Shown here in pieces: positions 19,821 through 29,800 of a DNA stretch of 40,570 nucleotides (position 1 is its first letter; each line of letters begins with the position of its first letter). The stretch covers positions 1 to 40,570 of the forward strand of contig JBGCDR010000082.1 of NCBI GenBank assembly GCA_045105515.1, read 5' to 3'. Source of the stretch: Oligoflexales bacterium (GTDB lineage Bacteria > Bdellovibrionota_B > Oligoflexia > Oligoflexales > Bog-1112). The position numbers and the translations under genes were made by a program. Below the pieces are notes generated by a model. It made no database searches and had not been told where the DNA came from. It was given only the letters and a program-made list of their open reading frames with translations.

Positions 19821-21278
19821 ATGGCTCTGGATTTACGGCAAAGCTTAAAACTTTCTCAGCAGCTGCTTATGACTCCGCAGTTGCAGCAAGCAATCAAACT
19901 TTTACAGCTGTCGAGAATAGAGCTAGAGCAATTTGTTTCTCAGCAGCTTGCAGAGAACCCTATTCTTGAGGAAGCTTCAGATAATCAGGAGAGTGCTGAG
20001 AAAGATGCAGTTGAAAGAACCTCTGATGATGCTATGCAAGATCAGCTCAGTTCTGTTTCAAGTATAGTGGATGATGTTTCAGAGGGAGAGAAAAAGGAGA
20101 TAGACTGGGAAGCTTTGTCTAGGGTACAGGAAGCTTCAAGCCAACCAGCTTCAGTAAGCAAAAAAAGTCATGACGATGAACACCCCAACTATGAAAATCT
20201 ATCTAGCAATCGAAAAAGCCTTACAGAACATCTGATGACTCAGATTGGAGAGTCTGATCTTGATCAGGAAGAAAAAAATTTAGCAGCCGTTCTCATAGGT
20301 AATTTGTCGGAAAAGGGCTATTTGGACTTAGATTGGGATGAGTTTTGTAGAGAGCAAGAAATTGATTCTGATTTTGCTGAAGGGGTCTTAGATACCATAC
20401 AACGATTTCACCCTCCAGGAATTGCAGCTCGAAATTTGCAGGAATGTTTGTTAATTCAAATTCGAGAGCACCACCTTAAGAATGGACTTGTAGAAAAAAT
20501 CGTTGGCTCGCATATGAAAGAGCTGGAAACGAGAAATTATTCCTTAATTGCAAAGTCAATGAAAATCAGCTTGGATGAGGTGGTTAAAAATGCAGCGACT
20601 ATTGCGGAGCTAGATCCGATACCAGCGAGAGAGTTTGGAGGAGATCCGACCTACCATGTAATACCAGATGTTTATGTTTTTAAGATGTCAGGAAAATGGA
20701 TTGTTAGTTTAAACGATGATGGTTTGCCAAACCTTAGAATCAATAGCTTCTATAAAGAAATTGCTCAAGACCGAACTGTTGGGAAAGACAAGGAGTATGT
20801 GCAAGAAAAGCTGAAGTCTGCACAATGGTTAATAAAGAGTATTCAACAAAGACAAAAAACTATTTTTAAAGTCACTGAATGTATTGTGGAAAAACAAAAG
20901 GATTTCTTTGAGAAAGGGGTTCAGTTTTTGAAGCCTATGGTTTTACGTGATATTGCAGAAGATATTGGCATGCATGAATCGACGATTAGTCGGGTGACAA
21001 CTAGTAAGTATGTTCACACCCCAAGAGGGATCTTTGAGTTAAAATATTTCTTTAATAGTTCGGTTGCTAGGGCTGGGGGTGGAGATGTCGCAAGCGAGTC
21101 GGTAAAGGTTATGATTAAAGAGATAGTAGATGGTGAAAGTCCACAAAAGCCATATTCAGATCAGAAAATTGTTGCAATACTGGAAGAAAAAGGTGTTAAG
21201 CTTGCACGCCGAACTGTCGCTAAGTATCGAGAACAGTTGGGTATTTTGCCGTCTAGTAAAAGAAAAAAGTACTTTTAG
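19821..21278 (+). CDS. rpoN: RNA polymerase sigma-54 factor
   Basis: MTPQLQQAIKLLQL, HESTISRVT, RpoN box ARRTVAKYRE. Likely start ATG 19821 after GGAGAG. Confidence 0.97.
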   Translation: MALDLRQSLKLSQQLLMTPQLQQAIKLLQLSRIELEQFVSQQLAENPILEEASDNQESAEKDAVERTSDDAMQDQLSSVSSIVDDVSEGEKKEIDWEALSRVQEASSQPASVSKKSHDDEHPNYENLSSNRKSLTEHLMTQIGESDLDQEEKNLAAVLIGNLSEKGYLDLDWDEFCREQEIDSDFAEGVLDTIQRFHPPGIAARNLQECLLIQIREHHLKNGLVEKIVGSHMKELETRNYSLIAKSMKISLDEVVKNAATIAELDPIPAREFGGDPTYHVIPDVYVFKMSGKWIVSLNDDGLPNLRINSFYKEIAQDRTVGKDKEYVQEKLKSAQWLIKSIQQRQKTIFKVTECIVEKQKDFFEKGVQFLKPMVLRDIAEDIGMHESTISRVTTSKYVHTPRGIFELKYFFNSSVARAGGGDVASESVKVMIKEIVDGESPQKPYSDQKIVAILEEKGVKLARRTVAKYREQLGILPSSKRKKYF

Positions 21279-21287
21279 AGATAAAGA

Positions 21288-22187
21288 GTGAGCCAGATGA
21301 GTGTAAAACAAAAGCCTTTGATTATTTTTGTAACTGGTATCTCTGGAGCGGGACTAAAGACAGGTATTAATGCTTTGGAAGACTCTGGAGTCTATTGCAT
21401 TGACAACCTGCCTCTGGAAATGATCAAACCGACACTTCAGCTTATCGAAAAGGAAACTATTATATCACAGGGTGGGGTTGCTTTTGGTATTCACGTAAGA
21501 GCAGCTCGAGATATCGATGCTTTTCTGGAATTACACTCCCAGTTAATGACAAACTACCGCTTAGATATTCTATTTCTTACTGCTGAAGATTCGGTTCTCG
21601 AATTACGGTATTCAGCGAATAGGCGACGCCACTATTTTTTGAAAGAAGGTAGAAGGCTTCAAGAAGCCTTTGCGTTTGAGAAAGATTTAAAATCTTCTTT
21701 GGAGAAAAAAGCTGATATTGTGGTTGATACTAGTCAACTTTCACCCCATCAGCTAACCCGGATGATAGAACATCGCTATAAGGATGACGTTGTCCAAAGA
21801 AATCTCTATGTGATGCTGACCAGTTTTGGATTTAAATACGGACAATGCTGGCCAGCAGATAGCCTCTTTGATGTACGTTTTCTTAAAAATCCATACTTTA
21901 TTCCTGAACTTAAGGATAAAACAGGACTTACTCAGGAAGTCCAAGATTACGTACTTATGGATGAGAATGCAGATCAGCTACTTAAGAAGATCATAGACTG
22001 GCATAAATGGATTCTTCCCCAGTATTTAAACGAAGGGAAGCATTATTTTCGGGTGGGCATAGGTTGTACCGGTGGCCGTCATCGAAGTGTTAGCATCGTT
22101 GAGGCCCTTTTTCGCGAATTGAATGGGGAAGGTTTGGAGCATATTGTGGTGAGTAAAAATCATAGAGATATAAAAATTCCTGGATAA
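21288..22187 (+). CDS. rapZ: RNase adapter RapZ/YvcJ family protein
   Basis: ALEDSG.YCIDNLP, RRRH, SFGFKYG, FDVRFLKNPYF, IGCTGGRHRSV; downstream of rpoN. Walker A is degenerate. Confidence 0.92.
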   Translation: MSQMSVKQKPLIIFVTGISGAGLKTGINALEDSGVYCIDNLPLEMIKPTLQLIEKETIISQGGVAFGIHVRAARDIDAFLELHSQLMTNYRLDILFLTAEDSVLELRYSANRRRHYFLKEGRRLQEAFAFEKDLKSSLEKKADIVVDTSQLSPHQLTRMIEHRYKDDVVQRNLYVMLTSFGFKYGQCWPADSLFDVRFLKNPYFIPELKDKTGLTQEVQDYVLMDENADQLLKKIIDWHKWILPQYLNEGKHYFRVGIGCTGGRHRSVSIVEALFRELNGEGLEHIVVSKNHRDIKIPG

Positions 22188-22203
22188 ATGGGGTTAACAA
22201 GTT

Positions 22204-22233
22204 CTGACATTCCTACCTTTTTTTTGATATGAT
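22204..22233 (+). promoter_or_regulatory. Putative promoter of gcvP
   Basis: CTGACA-18 nt-TATGAT with an extended -10 TG (TGaTATGAT). Confidence 0.4.
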
Positions 22234-22295
22234 TCAGCCATACTAATATTGAGGATGTGTCACGTTGATCTTGTCAGTTTTTCTTAGAGGTTTTT

Positions 22296-25172
22296 ATGAC
22301 ATTAATAAATAAAGGTACGTGGAAGGAACGTTTTGCTGATCGCCATATTGGCTCAAATGTAAGTGAACGGAAGAAAATGCTTCAGTTCCTAAGCATGAAT
22401 ACTCTAGACGAGCTAACGTCTGAGGCAGTTCCTGAATCCATAAAGTTAGAGCAACCACTAGCCTTAGGTTCGGAGCTAAGTGAAGTAGAAGCGTTGAGAG
22501 AGCTTCGTAAATTAGCTAAGAAAAATAAAATTTATACAAATTGGATTGGGATGGGTTATGGCAATGCTATTACCCCTGCTGCGATTCAAAGAAATATATT
22601 GGAAAATCCTGGTTGGTATACACAATATACTCCTTACCAGCCTGAAATATCTCAAGGTAGGCTTGAATCTCTTCTAAATTTTCAGACGATGGTTTCAGAC
22701 CTAACTGGCTTGCCAGTTGCTAATGCTTCTTTGCTTGATGAAGCAACTGCTGCTGCTGAAGCTATGTGTATGAGTCATAGTTTGAATAATTCTGATGGCT
22801 CAAAGGCATATTTTATCTCAGCAAAGTGTCACCCACAGGTTATAGAAGTTGTAAAAGGTCGGGCTGAAGCGATGGGCTTAGATGTGATAGTTGGTGAACA
22901 TCAGCTTTTCCAGTTCGATTCAGCTGTTTTTGGAGTGCTTTTAAGCTATCCAGATACCGAAGGATCCATTGAGGATTACCGTGATTTTGTTAAAAAAGCA
23001 CATGAACAGGATGCTTTAGTTTGCATGTGTTCCGATATATTTGCTCTAGCTTTGTTAGTCCCTCCAGGAGAATTAGGAGCTGATATTGCAGTCGGAAATA
23101 CGCAAAAATTTGGGGTGCCTCTGGCCTATGGTGGTCCACATGCTGCCTTTTTTGCGACTCGAGATGAATTTAAACGAAAAGTCCCAGGTAGGATTGTCGG
23201 GGTGTCAAAAGATGCGTCAGGAAAACCAGCTTATCGTCTAGCTCTGCAAACCAGAGAGCAGCATATTCGTCGTGAAAAAGCGACGAGTAATATTTGCACG
23301 GCCCAGGCTTTACTGGCAAATATGGCTAGCATGTATGCTGTATATCATGGAAGTGAAGGTATAAGTTCAATTGCTAATCGTATTCATGCTTTAACAGACC
23401 TCTTGTCCTTGGGACTTGTTCAGATGGGCTACAAGTTAAAGCATAAAGAATTCTTTGATACTATTCTAATAAGCCTGTCAAAGACTGAAAGTAAAGCAAT
23501 TTTCGAAGCTGCCTTAGCTAATAAAATTAACCTCCGGCAGATTGAGGAAAGCGGAATTTCAATTACTTTTGATGAAAGCACAGACCTAGACTCAGTAAAA
23601 ACGCTATGGAATGTTTTTAAAAAGCCAGATGGTAAAATACCTGACGCAGTGCAGCTAGCAAAATCTTCAGAGCGTCGTTTTCCTGAGTTTGCCGTAAGGT
23701 CAAGTAGGTTTCTACAGCATCCGGTTTTTAGAATGCATCGCTCTGAAACTGAGTTGATGCGCTATATTAAGAAACTTGAACAACGAGATTTGTCGCTGAC
23801 TACTGCTATGATCCCTCTAGGGTCATGTACGATGAAATTAAATGCAGCATGTGAATTAGCGCCCATTAGTTGGCCTGAGTTTAGTCAATTGCATCCATTT
23901 GCTCCAAAAGAGCAAACACAGGGGTATCAGGAGCTGTGTGAAAACCTTGTCCAAATGTTGGCTGAAGTAACTGGTTTTGATGGTGTTTCTTTGCAACCAA
24001 ATTCAGGTGCCCAAGGTGAATATGCAGGTTTGCTTGTAATCAAGGCTTATCTGCAGGATAAAGGCCAAGGACACCGCAATGTCTGTCTAATACCCCGATC
24101 TGCTCACGGCACAAACCCGGCTAGCGCACAACTTGCTGGCTTTAAAGTGATAGGTGTGAGGTGTGATGAGGCTGGTAATATTGATTTGAGAGACCTAAAA
24201 CAAAAAGCAACTAAGTACCATGAACATCTTGGTGCCATAATGGTGACATATCCTTCTACTCACGGAGTTTTTGAAGAAAGTATCAAGGAAGTTTGCCAAA
24301 TCATTCATGAGCACGGAGGGCAGGTTTATTTGGACGGGGCCAATTTAAACGCACAAATTGGTTTATGCGCTCCTGGTTTTTTTGGTGCTGATGTTTGCCA
24401 CCTAAACCTTCATAAAACTTTTGCAATTCCTCATGGTGGAGGAGGTCCTGGCATGGGACCTATTGCTGTAAAAAGTCATTTAACTCAATATCTACCATCT
24501 CATCCTGTGCATCCGACAGGTGGAGTTCGTGGGATTGGTCCTGTTTCTGCGGCTCCCTATGGAAGTGCTGGAATATTGCCCATTTCTTGGATGTATATGA
24601 AACTTCTTGGCTCTGAGGGATTGAAGCAAGCTAGCCAAGTCGCAATCCTTAATGCCAATTATATTGCTAAGAAATTGGAGTCAGCTTATCCAATACTCTA
24701 CCGGGCAGTTAATGGTCTTGTGGCTCATGAATGCATCATCGACATCAGGCCATTTAAAGCAAGTGCTGGAATAGAAGTGGTCGATATCGCTAAGCGCTTG
24801 ATGGACTATAATTTTCATGCACCCACTATGGCTTTCCCTGTTCCAGGAACTTTGATGATTGAGCCTACAGAGAGTGAAAGCATTACCGAAATTGATCGGT
24901 TCTGTAATGCAATGCTTAAAATTAGAGAGGAGATTAGACAAATTGAAACGGGGGCATGGAATCAGCAAGACAATCCTTTGAAAAATGCACCTCATACAGT
25001 TCAAAGTCTATGTGAAGAGTGGGATAAACCATATTCACGTAGCACAGCCTGCTTCCCTACTTCAGAGCAAAAACAGCTCAAATTTTGGCCTTTTGTTTCC
25101 AGGGTTGATGAGGCTTTTGGGGATAGAAATTTTATGTGTACCTGTGGGAGTGTTGATCAATTTGAAGAATAA
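22296..25172 (+). CDS. gcvP: Glycine dehydrogenase (decarboxylating), single-chain P protein
   Basis: 958 aa; FADRHIG, YTPYQPEISQGRLE, REKATSNICTAQALLA, PLP-lysine motif HLNLHKTFAIPHGGGGPG. Confidence 0.97.
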   Translation: MTLINKGTWKERFADRHIGSNVSERKKMLQFLSMNTLDELTSEAVPESIKLEQPLALGSELSEVEALRELRKLAKKNKIYTNWIGMGYGNAITPAAIQRNILENPGWYTQYTPYQPEISQGRLESLLNFQTMVSDLTGLPVANASLLDEATAAAEAMCMSHSLNNSDGSKAYFISAKCHPQVIEVVKGRAEAMGLDVIVGEHQLFQFDSAVFGVLLSYPDTEGSIEDYRDFVKKAHEQDALVCMCSDIFALALLVPPGELGADIAVGNTQKFGVPLAYGGPHAAFFATRDEFKRKVPGRIVGVSKDASGKPAYRLALQTREQHIRREKATSNICTAQALLANMASMYAVYHGSEGISSIANRIHALTDLLSLGLVQMGYKLKHKEFFDTILISLSKTESKAIFEAALANKINLRQIEESGISITFDESTDLDSVKTLWNVFKKPDGKIPDAVQLAKSSERRFPEFAVRSSRFLQHPVFRMHRSETELMRYIKKLEQRDLSLTTAMIPLGSCTMKLNAACELAPISWPEFSQLHPFAPKEQTQGYQELCENLVQMLAEVTGFDGVSLQPNSGAQGEYAGLLVIKAYLQDKGQGHRNVCLIPRSAHGTNPASAQLAGFKVIGVRCDEAGNIDLRDLKQKATKYHEHLGAIMVTYPSTHGVFEESIKEVCQIIHEHGGQVYLDGANLNAQIGLCAPGFFGADVCHLNLHKTFAIPHGGGGPGMGPIAVKSHLTQYLPSHPVHPTGGVRGIGPVSAAPYGSAGILPISWMYMKLLGSEGLKQASQVAILNANYIAKKLESAYPILYRAVNGLVAHECIIDIRPFKASAGIEVVDIAKRLMDYNFHAPTMAFPVPGTLMIEPTESESITEIDRFCNAMLKIREEIRQIETGAWNQQDNPLKNAPHTVQSLCEEWDKPYSRSTACFPTSEQKQLKFWPFVSRVDEAFGDRNFMCTCGSVDQFEE

Positions 25173-25175
25173 TTT

Positions 25176-25793
25176 TTACAGGCTCAACTGAGCCTGTCTC
25201 CTAATATACTTACCTACCAAGTCGTATTCTACATTTACCACCTTATCTATTTCGAGCTGGGCTAAATTTGTCTTTGCAATTGTGGTTGGAATCAACATGA
25301 GTTCAATGGTGGTACTATTTTTATTATCTATGATTTTATTGATGGTTAGGCTCACTCCATCAATACATATTGAGCCTTTGTCAATAATGTTTGCAGCTTG
25401 AGAACTAGGAATTGATACCCCTATCCGCCAGTAGTCATGGCACTTTTCTAGAAGGCAAACAGTTGCTTTGCCATCAATGTGTCCACTGACAATATGTCCA
25501 TCTAGGCGTGAACTCAGCTGCATCGAGCGTTCCATATTGACCTTATCGCCTTTTGATAAGCTTCCAAGTCCGGTACAGTTCAGAGTTTCCTGACTGATAT
25601 CAAAACTTAGTATTCTGTTGTCAGTTAGGTCACTGACTGTGAGGCAGCAGCCGTTGATGGCAATGCTATCACCTTGCTTAGCTTCAGAACAAAGGTGCTC
25701 TGATATACTTAATTTTGCGCTGATTTGATTGGGCGTGGAAGTGGTTTCAATAGAAACTACGAGCCCGGTGCATTCTATTAGTCCAGTAAACAT
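25176..25793 (-). CDS. ribE: Riboflavin synthase (alpha chain)
   Basis: MFTGLIE start, GDSIAINGCCLTV, GHIVSGHIDG, KGSICIDGVSLTIN. Confidence 0.95.
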   Translation of the reverse strand: MFTGLIECTGLVVSIETTSTPNQISAKLSISEHLCSEAKQGDSIAINGCCLTVSDLTDNRILSFDISQETLNCTGLGSLSKGDKVNMERSMQLSSRLDGHIVSGHIDGKATVCLLEKCHDYWRIGVSIPSSQAANIIDKGSICIDGVSLTINKIIDNKNSTTIELMLIPTTIAKTNLAQLEIDKVVNVEYDLVGKYIRRQAQLSL

Positions 25794-25799
25794 AGTGTC

Positions 25800-26276
25800 T
25801 CAATTTGGTCTAAGGTTGGAAGATTCTGGGTGATTGATAGATTTGAGGATCGAATAGAATTCGTTGGGGTCTGTAAAATCTTTATAAACTGATGCAAACC
25901 TAACATATGCAACAAGATCAAGTTTGTAGAGGCCTTCCATGATTAACTCGCCTAGCTGTCTACTAGGAACGATCCTTTCGCCTATTTCTTGAAGTTTTGC
26001 TTCTACGCGTCTCAGCATGAACTCTATTTCTTCAATTTTTATTTTGCGCTTTTGGCATGCGATTTGGATTGATCTTAGTGCTTTTTCACGCTGATAAGGC
26101 TGAACGTGACCATCCTTTTTTTTAATATAAATTTCTAAAATTTCTTCTTTTTCGTAGGTAGTGAAGCGATTTTCGCAATTTCGACAAATACGTCTTCGGC
26201 GCACGCTTCTCCCATCATTGGTGAGCCGGCTTTCCAAAACTTTTGTCTCATCGCAGCCACAGCGAATGCATTTCAT
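25800..26276 (-). CDS. nrdR: Transcriptional repressor NrdR
   Basis: Zn ribbon CIRC...[20 protein letters not shown] cone, [10 protein letters not shown]. Start at 26276 overlaps the glyA stop (ATGA). Confidence 0.96.
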   Translation of the reverse strand: MKCIRCGCDETKVLESRLTNDGRSVRRRRICRNCENRFTTYEKEEILEIYIKKKDGHVQPYQREKALRSIQIACQKRKIKIEEIEFMLRRVEAKLQEIGERIVPSRQLGELIMEGLYKLDLVAYVRFASVYKDFTDPNEFYSILKSINHPESSNLRPN

Positions 26277-27544
26277 GATGGTAACCATTCTGGGTATAGA
26301 GGAAAGGCAGTAGCTAAGCCCATAACTCTGCTTTTAATGTCTTTGAACTTGTCTTCTCGACCTGTTTCAATTGCAACGAAAACCTCTTTAATGAGGCCTG
26401 CTATCTTTTCCATTTCAGATTCTTTCATACCCCTGCTCGTAACAGCTGGGGTTCCGATTCTAACTCCACTGGTAACGAAAGGGCTACGACTCTCGTTTGG
26501 TACTGTGTTCTTATTTAAAGTTATTGCTACTTTTTCTAAGCCCTCTTCAAGCTGCTTACCGCTAATATCAGAATTGGATAGATCCACGAGAACGAGGTGG
26601 TTGTCACTTCCACTTGAAACCAAGTTAAAACCAGAGTTCAGAAGGGAGTTGGCTATAGTTTTCGTATTGCTCAGCACCTGTTTCTGATAATGCACAAACT
26701 CCTGGGTCATTGCTTCCCTAAAACATACAGCCTTTGCTGCAATGATATGTTCTAGTGGTCCTCCTTGGGTGCCGGGAAAAACCCCTTTATTGAGGTCTGC
26801 CGATAGTTTTTCGTCATTCCATAGGATGATTCCACCTCTTGGACCTCTAAGAGTTTTATGAGTCGTCGAAGTTACAACGTGAGCATAAGGGATTGGGCTA
26901 GGGTGGCACTTAGCAGCAACTAATCCGGCTATATGGGCCATATCTACAAGTAAGAGAGCTCCGGTTTCGTCGGCAATTTCTCTAAATCTTTTGAAATCAA
27001 GAGTCCTAGCATACGCGCTTGCGCCAGCAATAAGAATTTTTGGCTTTACCTCTTTAGCTTTTGCTAAGACCTGTTCCATATCAAGTACCCCAGTTTTGGG
27101 GTTCAAACCATAGAAATGAGATTCGTACAGGCGCCCAGAAAAATTAACCTTGGAACCATGAGTTAAATGGCCGCCATGGGATAGGTCCATACCGAGGATT
27201 CGGTCGCCTTTTTCAGCAAGAGCCAGCAAAACCGCTGCATTTGCTTGCGCGCCGGAATGAGGTTGAACATTAGCGAATTTTGCATCAAAAAGCTGGCAAA
27301 CTCTTTCGATCGCAAGGTTTTCTAGCTTGTCGACTTCACTACAACCACCATAGTAACGCTTTCCAGGTCGTCCTTCTGCGTACTTATTTGTCATGATGTT
27401 GCCCATACAAGAGATAAGCTGCGGCGATGCGAAGTTTTCCGAGGCAATTAACTCTATACCTTCAGATTGGCGCGTGAACTCCGCTTCTATTAGCTTAAAG
27501 ACTTCGTCATCATAAGAACTGAGGACTTCCCAGGGTTTAATCAA
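26273..27544 (-). CDS. glyA: Serine hydroxymethyltransferase
   Basis: [41 protein letters not shown]. Confidence 0.97.
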   Translation of the reverse strand: MIKPWEVLSSYDDEVFKLIEAEFTRQSEGIELIASENFASPQLISCMGNIMTNKYAEGRPGKRYYGGCSEVDKLENLAIERVCQLFDAKFANVQPHSGAQANAAVLLALAEKGDRILGMDLSHGGHLTHGSKVNFSGRLYESHFYGLNPKTGVLDMEQVLAKAKEVKPKILIAGASAYARTLDFKRFREIADETGALLLVDMAHIAGLVAAKCHPSPIPYAHVVTSTTHKTLRGPRGGIILWNDEKLSADLNKGVFPGTQGGPLEHIIAAKAVCFREAMTQEFVHYQKQVLSNTKTIANSLLNSGFNLVSSGSDNHLVLVDLSNSDISGKQLEEGLEKVAITLNKNTVPNESRSPFVTSGVRIGTPAVTSRGMKESEMEKIAGLIKEVFVAIETGREDKFKDIKSRVMGLATAFPLYPEWLPS

Positions 27545-27557
27545 GGTTCTGCTCCTT

Positions 27558-28028
27558 CTAGCTCGTCTTGAAATTTTCTTGTTCGATGCTTTTTATTTTA
27601 TCTAGCCGCAATTGGTGGCGGTCACCAATAAATGGAGTTTCTATCCATATTTTTACGATGTCTAAAGCTCGGAAAGGATTGAGAGTTCGTGATCCGAGGC
27701 ATAAGCAGTTGCTATCATTGTGCTCTCGACTCATTCTGGCACTGTATTCATCCCATACAGAACAGGCTCTAACCTTGGGAAATTTATTTGTGGTGATGCA
27801 CATACCTATGCCTGTGCCACAAATGGCTATAGCACCATTGATCTGTCCTTTGAATAAATTTTTTGCCAGCTGCATGCCATAATCAGGGTAATCTACAGAT
27901 TCTGTAACCTGATAATCGACTCCATAGTCGATAAGTTCAATACCCTGTTGGACGAGGAACTCGGAGACGGTTTTTTTCAAATCTTTACCGGCGTGATCAG
28001 AGGCTATTCCAAGCTTACTAAAAACCAA
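27558..28028 (-). CDS. rpiB: Ribose-5-phosphate isomerase B
   Basis: [32 protein letters not shown]. Confidence 0.95.
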   Translation of the reverse strand: MVFSKLGIASDHAGKDLKKTVSEFLVQQGIELIDYGVDYQVTESVDYPDYGMQLAKNLFKGQINGAIAICGTGIGMCITTNKFPKVRACSVWDEYSARMSREHNDSNCLCLGSRTLNPFRALDIVKIWIETPFIGDRHQLRLDKIKSIEQENFKTS

Positions 28029-28090
28029 TTTGTCCTCCAGCCGATTGAGAATAGCTGTTATTTGTGCTTTAGGAAGGTGTATAAGTTTAT

Positions 28091-28333
28091 TTACACTTCT
28101 TCAACTTTTTTGACAAAGTTGACTGCGTCGTCAACCGTGCGAATATTTTCAGCTTCTTCGTCAGGAATATCTATTCCAAAAGCTTCTTCCATAGCCATCA
28201 CTAACTCTACAATATCCAAGGAATCAGCTCCTAGATCTTCTATGAATTTAGCCTTCGCAACTACAGAGCTTTCTTCAACACCTAGCTGATTGACTATTAT
28301 TGTCTTCACCTTATCTTCTACTGATTCGGACAT
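28091..28333 (-). CDS. acpP: Acyl carrier protein
   Basis: [15 protein letters not shown] phosphopantetheine site. Likely start is the second Met (28333), preceded by GGAG. Confidence 0.96.
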   Translation of the reverse strand: MSESVEDKVKTIIVNQLGVEESSVVAKAKFIEDLGADSLDIVELVMAMEEAFGIDIPDEEAENIRTVDDAVNFVKKVEEV

Positions 28334-28450
28334 TATATTTCTCCACAAAATAAAGATTGCCAATGATTCGGACATGGCAGCTCAAATTATCTATACCAAC
28401 GTTGCCTGTTATAAATGCTATACATTCTGCATAGCATTCCTACAATCACA

Positions 28451-28478
28451 AAAAAACCATGCTATTGGGTGGTTTTTT
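28451..28478. terminator. Terminator-like hairpin between rph and acpP
   Basis: AAAAAACCA-10 nt-TGGTTTTTT with T-tracts on both strands; few GC pairs. Confidence 0.4.
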
Positions 28479-28519
28479 CATTGAAAAACTTGAAAAATAC
28501 ACACGCAATAAGACGGGTC

Positions 28520-28548
28520 ATGCTAAAAGTCTTTTTTAAAAAAGTCAA
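28520..28548 (-). promoter_or_regulatory. Putative sigma70-type promoter upstream of acpP
   Basis: Minus strand TTGACT-17 nt-TAGCAT. Confidence 0.5.
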
Positions 28549-28587
28549 GATGGGGTATCTAATGGCTGAATTAACTTAGGATAGCTT

Positions 28588-29319
28588 TTAGGATTCTACT
28601 GTTTGACCATCTGCAGCTAAGTTTTGAAGTTCAAAAGAACTTTTCAAGGCCTCTTGTGCAGAGTCTAATATTTGGCAAACCTGTTCTTTGTCAAAACTAG
28701 CTTTTTCAGCAGTCCCTTGAACTTCTAAAAATTTTCCGCTATGGGTCATTACCACGTTCATATCAGTGTCAGCGTTGCTATCCTCTTTGTAGTCGAGATC
28801 AACATACACTTCGTCTTTAATAAGACCTACAGAAACAGCTCCAACCCCATCAATTAAAGGGTTCTTCTTCAGTTTACCACTCCTAAGGAGCTTATCTACA
28901 GCGATTTTGAGAGCAACATAAGCTCCAGTAATCGCGGCAGTTCTTGTTCCGCCATCAGCTTGAAGTACGTCACAATCCACCATAAAGGTCATATCAGGAC
29001 ATTTGCTGAAATCCATGATACCTCTTAAGCTTCTTCCGATTAAGCGCTGTATTTCTTGGGTCCGGCCACCAATATGACCTCGTTCTCGTTTTGTTCGAGA
29101 GTGGGTTGAACTTGGTAGCATAGAATACTCTGAAGTTAGCCATCCTTTAGGAGGCTTGCTATTGCGCATCCAATTAGGGACTGAATCTTCTACATTTACG
29201 GTACATAGTACCCTAGTTTCTCCCGTTTCAATAAGTACGCTTCCATTTGGGTTTTTAGTGAAGTTAGGAGTTATTCTCAGTGGCCGTAATTGGCTGGCGG
29301 AGCGCCCATCATTTCTCAT
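28588..29319 (-). CDS. rph: Ribonuclease PH
   Basis: MRNDGR, EYSMLP.ST..R..RE, GGRTQEIQRLIGRSLR, DCDVLQADGGTRTAAITG. Confidence 0.97.
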   Translation of the reverse strand: MRNDGRSASQLRPLRITPNFTKNPNGSVLIETGETRVLCTVNVEDSVPNWMRNSKPPKGWLTSEYSMLPSSTHSRTKRERGHIGGRTQEIQRLIGRSLRGIMDFSKCPDMTFMVDCDVLQADGGTRTAAITGAYVALKIAVDKLLRSGKLKKNPLIDGVGAVSVGLIKDEVYVDLDYKEDSNADTDMNVVMTHSGKFLEVQGTAEKASFDKEQVCQILDSAQEALKSSFELQNLAADGQTVES

Positions 29320-29410
29320 AATCTATTCCCAGGGTACCGTGTAAGTGTTTCTAATCCATAAGATTCCGGGCCATGACCTTACCTCATGGATGAAAGTCTG
29401 TCTATATTTC

Positions 29411-29800
29411 CTATTTTATCAGAGTTCTCCAGACATATTCCTTAAAACCTACAGCCGTATACTCAGAGTTTATAGAAAGAAAGGGTCTCTTAACCAGCAT
29501 TCCATGCTCTTGAAGCAGCTTAATTGCGTTTTCTTGGTTAATTTCTTCAAGCTTTTTAGATAAGCCTAATTCTCGGTATAATTGGCCAGAAGTATTAAAA
29601 AGCTTCTTCATTTTTCCATCATTCTGTTTAAGAGCTAGTCTGAGTTCCTCACTAGAGGGTGGTGTCGTATCAATGGCAATTTCTGTAAAAGAAAGCTTCA
29701 GGTTGTCGAGGAATTTAATCGCTTTCTTACACGTTTGACAATTTTTGTAGGTGTACAGTTTTATATTTTTCAATTTAGTGCCTTCTTTTACCAATTTCAA
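29411..29800 (-). CDS. ArsC/Spx family protein (YusI/YffB-like)
   Basis: CQTCKKA, FNTSGQLYREL, MLVKRP, VGF. True start may be the TTG at 29773. Confidence 0.88.
   Translation of the reverse strand: MKLVKEGTKLKNIKLYTYKNCQTCKKAIKFLDNLKLSFTEIAIDTTPPSSEELRLALKQNDGKMKKLFNTSGQLYRELGLSKKLEEINQENAIKLLQEHGMLVKRPFLSINSEYTAVGFKEYVWRTLIK

Noticed and set aside
22188..22295. Glycine riboswitch upstream of gcvP
   Set aside because: No GGAGA...CCGAAG...CTCTCAGG aptamer pattern is visible and the leader is short.
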